Of a DNA stretch of 64,000 nt, positions 52,364 to 60,438 are shown piece after piece (positions within the stretch are counted from its first letter, which is position 1; each line of letters starts with the position of its first letter). The position numbers and the translations under genes were made by a program. Source of the DNA: Meyerozyma guilliermondii (taxonomy: Eukaryota). The stretch is taken from assembly GCA_051546255.1 (NCBI GenBank), contig CP128819.1, positions 806,001-870,000 on the forward strand, in the 5' to 3' direction. Under the pieces are notes generated by a model. The model was not told where the DNA came from. It saw nothing but the letters and a program-made list of their open reading frames with translations, and did no database searches.

Positions 52364-52476
52364 ACGTATCAGACATCCATGGAAGGTCATTAAGCGGTCA
52401 CTGGCATACTAAGATGGGTTCTGCGTATGCTACCGAGGAAACTGCGAATGTTTATGGAATCTTTCATCATATACGT
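52364..52476 (-). ncRNA. SNR128: U14 box C/D snoRNA (snR128)
   Basis: Box C ATGATGA at 52470-52464, domain A CATTCGCAGTTTC (18S-complementary), Y-domain stem GCATAC..GAACCCATC..GTATGC, domain B CCTTCCATGGATGT, box D CTGA at 52372-52369 and terminal stem ACGTA/TACGT. Confidence 0.95.
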
Positions 52477-52550
52477 GTGCACTCAGTTGCAAGTTTTATC
52501 GGCGGGTCTCGCTGCCACATGCTTAAGCACTTTTCTATTTGTAGTTTGTA

Positions 52551-52695
52551 TGAATCAGAATCGCTCAATACTGGCAAGTATAAGCCTCGACAACACCTCC
52601 TGCAAGAGAGGCTTGACGCTGTCAAAGCGGTTTTCAACCCTGTCGTCATAGTCGAATCGGACTGGGAAAGAAGAAACTTAACTTCATCACCTTCA
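52551..52695 (-). ncRNA. SNR190: snR190 box C/D snoRNA
   Basis: Box C GTGATGA at 52690-52684; TCTTCTTTCCC..GTCCGATTCGACTATGACGACA and CTTGCCAGT blocks match recalled S. cerevisiae snR190; box D CTGA at 52558-52555; terminal stem TGAA/TTCA. Lies directly upstream of U14, as in the known dicistron. Confidence 0.88.
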
Positions 52696-52804
52696 CCTAT
52701 GTAATAGAAAAACACCTAAGCCTATGGCAAAAAGACCTGCCCATGACTAAGGACCTCGTATCAAGTTAATGATCGAAGTGAAGAAAAAGTCGCACATCGA
52801 GTGC

Positions 52805-53018
52805 CTTTTATACCCGCGCGATGAGATGGGCTGCGGTTACCCGGCACAGGAGCCGTGGTGCATGGGTATTCAAAACTGGCCAAAATATCAACTTTTGTGG
52901 TCAAAAATTAAACTAACAGGAACTCAGTGCTTGCTGTTTTGAACTGGCACACCCAGGCATCTTTAGCTCTTCAATTGATGTGTATACTTGTGTTCTCTCA
53001 CCAACCTCATCTCATCGC
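52805..53018. promoter_or_regulatory. Divergent promoter of snR190-U14 and NSA1: TATA, two oppositely oriented PAC motifs, Reb1-type site
   Basis: TATAAAAG on minus at 52812-52805, GCGATGAGATG at 52818-52828, TTACCCGG at 52837-52844 and CTCATCTCATCGC at 53006-53018. Confidence 0.7.
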
Positions 53019-53078
53019 CTGTATGCACGCACGCACCTCGCAGCGTAGTTACTAGTTACCATTTATACTGTCATTCCA

Positions 53079-54272
53079 ATGAGGTTAATAGTAACTTGTG
53101 ACGACTCGGGGTCAGCCAAGGAGGTGATTTGTACTCCAGGAACAGATACCTCGAAACAGGACAAGCCCCAGCCCATTTCCATAACTCAGGTGTTTGTTGA
53201 ACCAAAGGCATCTCCAGCATCGAGAATCCTCTATTCCACACTTTACAAAGAAAGATATGCCATCTGTTGTCGTTTGGATGCTTCAGTCTCCGTTTATGAC
53301 TTGGAAGATGACGAAAAGAAGCTTGTGTGTCATAGGGAGTATGTTGAACTCAAAGGGTGTAAGCCTGTTTCTTTGCATGTATTTTCCGAATTCGATGCTT
53401 TGGTTATGGGTTTAGATTCTGGCAAAGCTGCGTTGGTTGGTTTCCATAAGAATACCTTGGAGAAGGAGTGCCAGATTGTGGATCTTCCAGGGGGAAAACC
53501 AATTGAGGCGTTCGAAGCTTGTCCTTCTCAACCTGGTGTCTTTGCCTATGGAGGAAAGGAAAACGATTTACGCATAGTGAAAATGTTTGAAGTCGGCAAG
53601 AAAGTTAAGCTTCTTGAATCTGTTGAGGTACTTTTCGCAGCCAAGAACGTCAAAAACGACCATTTGGACTTGCGTGTTCCTATTTGGATCACTAAAATAC
53701 GATTCATTTCGCTGAAAAATTCGTACAAATTGATAACCGCAACCAGATACGGTCAATTGCGCATCTACGACACGAACCACGGCAGAAAGCCTGCTCATGA
53801 CTACCAAGTATGCACCAACCCAATTATAACCTTAAATTTTGCCGGCTCCAACTCCGATGAGGTGATCATAACTGATAACAGAAATATGGTCGCTAGACAC
53901 TCATTGGTATCAATTGACAAAAAAGCATTCAAAACCAATTCCGCTACTGTTGGAGACATAATTAAGCCCGTACCGAGACTCTTGGGAAAATATCAAGAAG
54001 GCGGCAACACAGGTGCCATTTTTGGTGTTCTGTGCTTCAAAGATACCTTTGTCGCGACCGGTGGTCTTGATCGGTACTTGAGGGTATATGACCTCGAAAC
54101 TAGAGAAATGGTTTCCAAAGTGTACATGGGGTCGCAGATAGCAGATATTTTGTTTTTAGAAGGGGAGGAAGAAGAAGAATCAGAGGAAGAGGTTGATGAG
54201 GAAGAAGAGAACAATGCATTGTGGGACGAATTGGAATCCAATCGTCCGGCGAAAAAGCAAAAGCAAACGTGA
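53079..54272 (+). CDS. NSA1: Pre-60S ribosome biogenesis WD40 protein
   Basis: FAYGGKENDL, AKNVKNDHLDLRVPIW, TRYGQLRIYDT.HGRKP and GGLDRYLRVYD motifs. Confidence 0.96.
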   Translation: MRLIVTCDDSGSAKEVICTPGTDTSKQDKPQPISITQVFVEPKASPASRILYSTLYKERYAICCRLDASVSVYDLEDDEKKLVCHREYVELKGCKPVSLHVFSEFDALVMGLDSGKAALVGFHKNTLEKECQIVDLPGGKPIEAFEACPSQPGVFAYGGKENDLRIVKMFEVGKKVKLLESVEVLFAAKNVKNDHLDLRVPIWITKIRFISLKNSYKLITATRYGQLRIYDTNHGRKPAHDYQVCTNPIITLNFAGSNSDEVIITDNRNMVARHSLVSIDKKAFKTNSATVGDIIKPVPRLLGKYQEGGNTGAIFGVLCFKDTFVATGGLDRYLRVYDLETREMVSKVYMGSQIADILFLEGEEEEESEEEVDEEEENNALWDELESNRPAKKQKQT

Positions 54273-54293
54273 AATTTATATTAATGTACGTAT

Positions 54294-55331
54294 CTACGAC
54301 TCTTGTTTGACGCCAGCATTGCTGCTTATTATGCTCATACACTTCCACTCGTTCAAATAGTTGGACTTCCACAACCGCACCTTCCCGTCATCGCCAGCGG
54401 AACTGAGTATGGTGCCAGTTATATTCCACGTTACTCGCCACACCTCCAGCTGGTGATCTCGCAACTTGGCTATGGTATCGATCTTGAGATCGCCATTAAT
54501 GGCTTCTATCGCTTTGAATATCCTCACATATCCATCTTTGCAGGCGGTAGCTATGAGGTGGAAATTTCGGCCCATCGATGGAGCCCAGCTCACGGATCGT
54601 ATGAGACCATTGTGCTCCGGAAGACTACACAATTTCACATATTTGTTCTCGGAGTTGATACCGCCATCTCCAGAAGCCATGTCGAAATCGTTATTTGTGC
54701 CCGAATTATCACCATTTCCCGCGACACTGGCACCATATATGAATGCCTGGTCGAGTGCTACCACCACAAATTTCTCCGTGTTTGCAAACTTTGAAGGACA
54801 CCACTCAATGCCAAAAGTACTCTGCAAGCTCTTGGTGGGCAATTGCAGACTCAACACGGCGATTTCTGCCGTAAGACTCCAATATGTCAAATCGGAAGGA
54901 TCGAGAGATTCGTAAATGCGCAAAATTCCCTCGCTGCCAATACATGCCAATTTGAGCCCGAGATGGCTTGGCGCAAACTTGACATCGTAGATGGGTCCAA
55001 ATGACTCGGTGGCTAGCGTCGCCAATTTGACCCATCGTCTACCGGATCCATGCATTTCCTGCGGCTGTTCCTGCCACACCTTCACAGTTCTATCGTAGGA
55101 ACACGAGGCTATGATGCTCAGGCTGCTGAATTGAGGGTGTGCCCACGTCACCTTGACCACCAGCGAGTCGTGGGCTTTCCACGAATCGTTTAAAACCCAC
55201 GACGAAGTGGCAGCGTCCATATCGAAAACCTTGATATGTTGGTCAGACGAAACCGTGGCTATATGCTTTCCATAGAAGTCGTACTGGACATCATGAACGA
55301 GCTCCTCGTGCCCTGTGACAAACAGTTTCAT
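54294..55331 (-). CDS. SEH1: Nucleoporin/SEA(GATOR2) subunit Seh1
   Basis: GHEELVHDVQYDFYG, WKAHD, FAPSHLGLKLA, SVSWAPSMGR and WNITGTILSSAGDDGKVRLWK motifs. Confidence 0.97.
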   Translation of the reverse strand: MKLFVTGHEELVHDVQYDFYGKHIATVSSDQHIKVFDMDAATSSWVLNDSWKAHDSLVVKVTWAHPQFSSLSIIASCSYDRTVKVWQEQPQEMHGSGRRWVKLATLATESFGPIYDVKFAPSHLGLKLACIGSEGILRIYESLDPSDLTYWSLTAEIAVLSLQLPTKSLQSTFGIEWCPSKFANTEKFVVVALDQAFIYGASVAGNGDNSGTNNDFDMASGDGGINSENKYVKLCSLPEHNGLIRSVSWAPSMGRNFHLIATACKDGYVRIFKAIEAINGDLKIDTIAKLRDHQLEVWRVTWNITGTILSSAGDDGKVRLWKSNYLNEWKCMSIISSNAGVKQES

Positions 55332-55460
55332 AAATGAACAATAAGTGTTAGAGTAGAGAAGTGCGACTTTCGATTTGAAGTTAGTGCAATTTGTACAGGA
55401 TGGTCGCGAAACCTAGGTGATCGTGGTGTTTTTGCAGTTGACACTAGTTTGTCTTGCGCC

Positions 55461-56945
55461 ATGTTTTCCGTGTCCAGACTCGTAAACTGGTCAATAGTAG
55501 CGGTGGCAATTGCATTGGTCCAACCAAACAACCCTCTTCAAACTCTGGTGGCTTTCGGTGCGTTGGGGTATGTTGTGACTCAAGCTCTAGTTCCACGATT
55601 ACAACACAGTTTCATCAAAATCGGCCTCAAGGGCAAGGATATGTCCAAGCGTGGCGACCCAATTGAGATAGCAGAGTCCATGGGAGTAATTCCGGCGGTG
55701 ACATATATGATGTTGATGTTTTTATTGATCCCATTCATATTTTTCAAGTACCTCGTGTCGTTCTCTTCGTTATCTAATGACTCCCAAATGACGTCCAATT
55801 ATAGCGACCAATACCTGGCGGTGACCAACAACCGTTTGTTTCCTCATAACAAGCTTTCTGAATTTTTGAGTGGACTTTTGAGCTTACAGAGTATCACCTT
55901 ATTGGGGCTCTTTGATGACTTGTTCGATATCAGATGGAGACACAAGTTCTTCATGCCAGCCATCGCATGTGTCCCCTTGTTGATCGTGTACTATGTGGAT
56001 TTTAGTGTCACTTCTGTGGTGGTCCCCACCTTCATACAACATAAAATCATCTATGGTCCCCAAATGATATCCATTTTAAACTGGGCTATTCGTCAAGGAA
56101 ACCACATCGTGACATATATCACTGGCTTATCATTCAGTACATTGGTCACCGATTACTCAGTCACCACTTCAGATCCGTTGCTTTTGGATCTTGGAATATT
56201 CTACTATGCCTACATGGCGTCAATTTCGATCTTTTCGCCAAACGCAATCAATATTCTTGCTGGAATCAATGGCCTCGAAGTCGGACAGTCGGTGGTCCTT
56301 GCGGTGATCTTTCTCATCAATGATTTGTGCTATTTATTCCTGCTGTCTGTATCGCAAGCAGCTTATGATCTGCACTTACTTTCGGCCATTTTCATCATTC
56401 CGTTCATTGGAGTGTCGTTTGGGCTCCTCAAATACAACTGGTACCCCGCCAAGGTTTTCGTGGGTGATACATACTGCTATTTCAGTGGCATGGTATTCGC
56501 AGTCGTTGGTATTCTTGGACATTTTTCAAAAACTTTGTTGATATTTTTGTTGCCCCAAATCATCAATTTTATCTACTCAGCTCCGCAAATCTTTGGCCTT
56601 GTGCCGTGCCCTAGACACAGACTTCCTCGATTTGACCCCGAGTCGAATCTCATGCATCCAAGTTATGCCCTCTTCAAGCCCCGCAGATGGCAAGCCATTG
56701 CGCTACAAATACTTGAAAAACTACACTTAATAAGTATCAAGCGCGAAAAGGACACAATTGTTGGCTTTTCAAATATGACATTGATCAACTTGTTCCTCGT
56801 GTGGTTTGGACCCATGAAAGAAGACCATTTATGCGCACTTCTATTAACTACACAATTCGCCATGGGACTCTCCATGTTATGCGTTCGCCATACTTTGGGG
56901 CCATGGATATTTGGCTACGACAATTTGTCCTGGGGTGTAAAGTAG
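55461..56945 (+). CDS. ALG7: UDP-GlcNAc:dolichyl-phosphate GlcNAc-1-P transferase
   Basis: GKDMSK, LGLFDDLFDIRWRHK, NAINILAGINGLEVGQ, FVGDTYCYF and CPRHRLP motifs. First ATG 55461. Confidence 0.97.
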   Translation: MFSVSRLVNWSIVAVAIALVQPNNPLQTLVAFGALGYVVTQALVPRLQHSFIKIGLKGKDMSKRGDPIEIAESMGVIPAVTYMMLMFLLIPFIFFKYLVSFSSLSNDSQMTSNYSDQYLAVTNNRLFPHNKLSEFLSGLLSLQSITLLGLFDDLFDIRWRHKFFMPAIACVPLLIVYYVDFSVTSVVVPTFIQHKIIYGPQMISILNWAIRQGNHIVTYITGLSFSTLVTDYSVTTSDPLLLDLGIFYYAYMASISIFSPNAINILAGINGLEVGQSVVLAVIFLINDLCYLFLLSVSQAAYDLHLLSAIFIIPFIGVSFGLLKYNWYPAKVFVGDTYCYFSGMVFAVVGILGHFSKTLLIFLLPQIINFIYSAPQIFGLVPCPRHRLPRFDPESNLMHPSYALFKPRRWQAIALQILEKLHLISIKREKDTIVGFSNMTLINLFLVWFGPMKEDHLCALLLTTQFAMGLSMLCVRHTLGPWIFGYDNLSWGVK

Positions 56946-57046
56946 CAGCTGCAAATGTCTATATATAGTTGCAAGGTTCATGATAGATACACCCGAACAC
57001 CCACAAGTAATACACAATCGCACCGATTCTTCCTCGCAAGATTAAC

Positions 57047-58975
57047 ATGGCCGGTCCACCTCCGCCACCCCCACCACCGCCACCAGCACCATCGTTGGGC
57101 GGCGGTGCCCCCTCGGCTGTCCCACCGCCCGCAATTACTCCAGGACGAAATGCTTTGCTTGGAGACATCAGAAAAGGCGCAAAATTGAAGGCCACTGTTA
57201 CAGTCGATAAATCAAAGCCACTCTTGGCTGGAAATGCTTCTCCCAGTGTACCCTCGGGTGGAGGAAATACAACCTCATCCGCTTCACCAGCAGTACCTTC
57301 ATTTCCACCATCAGGAGCTCCTCAATTGGGCGACATATTTGCTGGAGGAATTCCCAAGCTCAAATCGGTCAGCAAAACCGACAATCGATCTGGAATTGTG
57401 CCGCCCTCAGCACCCAAGATTCCTACAATGGGTCCTCTGCTGACACAAAAAATAGCTCCCGCGCCGGCGGCACCTTCAAGACCAAGCCATAGACCTACTA
57501 CATCAGCACCTCCAGCACCTCCAGCGCCCAGTCCTCCCGTTCCTTCTGCGCCCCCACCCTTACCAAACCAGGCTCCTCCTCTCCCCAATATGGCACCGCC
57601 TTTGCCGTCTTCAAGCTCCAACTCGCTCAAACCACCACCCAAAATGCCTCCGTCGCGGCCTAAGAAATCCAGCCATTTGAAGAACAGCAGTATAGGCTCT
57701 ATGAGCTCGTTCGAAAACAGAGCTCCGTCGCCGGTTCCAACGTCGCCAGCACCGCCTGTTCCTTCGGCACCTCCTCCATTGCCAGGAGCACCACCTCCCG
57801 TACTTGGTGGGGGCAGTAAATCGTCCGCAGCCCCATCAGTGCCTTCATTTCCTTCTGCTCCCCCACCTGCTCCAAAAGCAACACCTGCTTTAAAAGCACC
57901 AGCACCAGCAGCTCCACCTGCTCCTCCTCCACCCCCAGCACCTCCAGCACCAGGAATGTCTCTGGCTCCACCAGCACCCCCACCACCTCCAATGGCTCCC
58001 AGTGGGGCAAAGGCTCCAGCTCCGTCAGGCCTCGGAGCGCTCCCATTTTTGGCGGAAATCAATTCCAAGAGAGACGAAACTCATGTCGTTGATTCTGTAG
58101 CCCCATCGAGCTCTGCGCCAAAACCACGCATATCACTTCCATCCAGAGATCCACCACCTCCTCAGAAACTATCTACTCCAAAAACCACCGTTCCTCCCGC
58201 TCCACCACCACCACCCCCCATTCCAACCAGCGCTCCACTGAGAAAAACCGAGTCTTCTGAGGCTTCTGAGTCTTCTGAGGCACCTAAACCTCCAGTTCCT
58301 GGCGGTCTTCCTTTCCTTTCCGAGATCAACTCTCGTAGATCAGACACTGGGCTGTCTCCTTCCACACCCAAGGCGGCACCATCCATTCCCATTGCTCCAA
58401 GACAAACAAAACAAGAGCCCCCACAGGCACCTAAGGCACCACCAATGGCACCCCCTGTTCCTCAGGCACCTCAGGCACCTCCTGTTTCTCTGACACCACT
58501 GGCACCTCCTGTTCCTCAGGCACCTCCCACTCCCTCGGCACCACCTCCTTCAGCGGTTCCGGCGCCTAGAAATCCATCTTCATCAGCTCCACCGGCTCCA
58601 CCGCCAATGGCACCTCCAAAACCACTGTCTCCACCTCCTGTGGCGCCGTCTGAACCTGCCCCATCAATAACTAGCCCTCATCGTAACCCGTACAAAAAGC
58701 TGGCACCACCTCCACCACCTCCAGCCGTCGACCAACAGCAGACGGCAGGGCTGTCTTTGCGGAAAATCTCTGCACTGGCTTATACGATTACCCCAGGACA
58801 TTCTACAAAGAGCGAGTCTGCGAAAACTGTGATAGAAGATACTCAAAAGAGGTTCAAATTTGTCAATGCCAATGCGCTTCCGCATCCCAGACGGTTTGGC
58901 GACGACGCCAAAGAAAAGTTGTATCCTAGTGGCCGCGGGCTGTCGGTTCCGTTGGATTTGAGTTTATATACTTGA
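57047..58975 (+). CDS. VRP1: Verprolin (WIP homolog)
   Basis: N-terminal polyproline, WH2 GRNALLGDIRKGAKLK...DKSKP, second WH2 QLGDIFAGGIPKLK and C-terminal RFKF...KLYPSGRG[S]SVPLDL. Confidence 0.96.
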   Translation: MAGPPPPPPPPPPAPSLGGGAPSAVPPPAITPGRNALLGDIRKGAKLKATVTVDKSKPLLAGNASPSVPSGGGNTTSSASPAVPSFPPSGAPQLGDIFAGGIPKLKSVSKTDNRSGIVPPSAPKIPTMGPLLTQKIAPAPAAPSRPSHRPTTSAPPAPPAPSPPVPSAPPPLPNQAPPLPNMAPPLPSSSSNSLKPPPKMPPSRPKKSSHLKNSSIGSMSSFENRAPSPVPTSPAPPVPSAPPPLPGAPPPVLGGGSKSSAAPSVPSFPSAPPPAPKATPALKAPAPAAPPAPPPPPAPPAPGMSLAPPAPPPPPMAPSGAKAPAPSGLGALPFLAEINSKRDETHVVDSVAPSSSAPKPRISLPSRDPPPPQKLSTPKTTVPPAPPPPPPIPTSAPLRKTESSEASESSEAPKPPVPGGLPFLSEINSRRSDTGLSPSTPKAAPSIPIAPRQTKQEPPQAPKAPPMAPPVPQAPQAPPVSLTPLAPPVPQAPPTPSAPPPSAVPAPRNPSSSAPPAPPPMAPPKPLSPPPVAPSEPAPSITSPHRNPYKKLAPPPPPPAVDQQQTAGLSLRKISALAYTITPGHSTKSESAKTVIEDTQKRFKFVNANALPHPRRFGDDAKEKLYPSGRGLSVPLDLSLYT

Positions 58976-58995
58976 TTGGATTTGAGTTTATACTT
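58952..58995 (+). repeat. Direct duplication spanning the VRP1 stop codon
   Basis: TTGGATTTGAGTTTATATACTT (58952-58973), then TTGGATTTGAGTTTATACTT (58976-58995). Confidence 0.85.
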
Positions 58996-59007
58996 AGTTG
59001 GTTCTTT

Positions 59008-60024
59008 TCATGGGGCCCACACCTGTATAACCTTGTCGTAGAAAGAACATGTGGAAACATAGTCGCTCTTGGACCAGTCTCCACCGTAACATATGCTTTC
59101 ATGCCCGTCCACAAACGTAGAAGAAACAGTCCACTTTTCACCTTGAGTCTTCACAATTCTGGCTCCATCATACATGCAACATACCAATAGCTGCGAATCA
59201 GGTCCAGGACAAAGACGCCATACACCTCCACCCAAATTTTCCTGAGCGATAAGTGAAGGTGGGATTCCTGGAACTAGCAGTGGGTTAGTCTTATCCATCA
59301 AACGAAGATCAAATAAACGGAGATTATCGTCGTACGAACCGGTGAATAAATGGTGTGGATTCGCAGCATTCCATTGTGGTCCCAGCGACAAAATCGAAAC
59401 AACTCCAGCATCATGGTGCCTTCTTGAAGTGTTCCATATAGAAGACTTGGTACGTGTATCATGGCAGATCACTTTGGCATCGTCTCCACCCGTAAATACC
59501 ACATTTGAAAGTTCTCCAATTTCGCCAAACGAACCAGTCCAACATTCCAAATCGTGGGTCAGATCCAAAATTTCCATTGACGAAGTTTCCAAGTCCACAA
59601 GTGCAGCCTCGCCGCTCGTTAGTGTCACAAGAACCTTGCCTCGGCGCATTGGGTCGAAAAAAACCGAGGTGACCAAGTTATCTTCCTCGAAAAGCTGGAG
59701 CTTCAGACCCTCTTCGAGCTCATCACCATTACACTTCCATACGGTCAAACAGCCAGTTGAATGAGCCGTTACGAGCCTTTCACAACCAAAGGGATCGAAC
59801 TTAAGATCTAGCACGGCACTGGCGGTTTTATAACTATTTTTAAGTATTAATTGACCATCATCCTCCAACTGAAAAATGTCTACACTTCCATGGCGAGAAC
59901 CTGAATCTTCCAATTTATAAGTACCAACCAAAACTAGCCTATCATCGTTTGGGTGTATTCTCAAGCAACAGGGCGGAAGCTCAGACTTTGTTATGGCCAA
60001 CCTGGTCCCTTTGGCTATACCCAT
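59008..60024 (-). CDS. DPH7: Diphthine methylesterase, WD40 (Dph7/Rrt2)
   Basis: LVGTYKL, HDLECW, TGGDD, HDAGVVSI, TGSYDD.LRLFD.R, LGGGVWRL, CCMYDGA, HESICYG and TCSFYDK motifs. Confidence 0.93.
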   Translation of the reverse strand: MGIAKGTRLAITKSELPPCCLRIHPNDDRLVLVGTYKLEDSGSRHGSVDIFQLEDDGQLILKNSYKTASAVLDLKFDPFGCERLVTAHSTGCLTVWKCNGDELEEGLKLQLFEEDNLVTSVFFDPMRRGKVLVTLTSGEAALVDLETSSMEILDLTHDLECWTGSFGEIGELSNVVFTGGDDAKVICHDTRTKSSIWNTSRRHHDAGVVSILSLGPQWNAANPHHLFTGSYDDNLRLFDLRLMDKTNPLLVPGIPPSLIAQENLGGGVWRLCPGPDSQLLVCCMYDGARIVKTQGEKWTVSSTFVDGHESICYGGDWSKSDYVSTCSFYDKVIQVWAP

Positions 60025-60100
60025 TCCAATGGCTCATCTCCGACTGCATGCAGACGAGATAAAGTGAGAGTCTCAGATACTGAAAATCAAACTGGTTCTC

Positions 60101-60283
60101 ATGGGCCTCTGGTCGAAATGGAATAGCTTGCCTGTAAAAGCACGTTACTATATTGGTGGCTCCACGTTTGTGTTTGCGTTGATAGGCGACTATGTGACCG
60201 GTAGGATAAATGATGAGGTAGTTGCACGAGAAAAAACGATGAAGGAACTCAGCAAAGATGAAGAAAATAGAAGTAGAGAATGA
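60101..60283 (+). CDS. Uncharacterised 60-aa single-TM protein, probably mitochondrial
   Basis: Amphipathic N-terminus, one TM segment (YYIGGSTFVFALIG) and a charged tail. Divergent from DPH7; Puf3-type TGTAAATA at 60386-60393. Confidence 0.65.
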   Translation: MGLWSKWNSLPVKARYYIGGSTFVFALIGDYVTGRINDEVVAREKTMKELSKDEENRSRE

Positions 60284-60438
60284 GGAGAATGAAGAGAATG
60301 AAGAAGATGAATAAATGAAGAAAATGACATATACACTGTTACAATGGTACCGCAATGGAAATTAATGCTTAGAAGTATCAAAAACTGTAAATAGCCGATT
60401 CAATTGCAATATCATTACCATTATCTATAACATTCTAT

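Noticed and set aside
52360..52715. ORFs of 114, 74 and 82 aa between ZWF1 and NSA1
   Set aside because: They overlie the U14 and snR190 snoRNA genes and are incidental.
5012..55367. TGCGAC/GTCGCA hexamer in several promoters (5012, 6158, 11557, 36905, 52789, 55362)
   Set aside because: Only modestly above a rough chance expectation for a 6-mer; needs genome-wide statistics.
57322..58068. 248-aa Gly/Ala-rich minus-strand ORF
   Set aside because: Antisense shadow of the proline-rich VRP1 codons.
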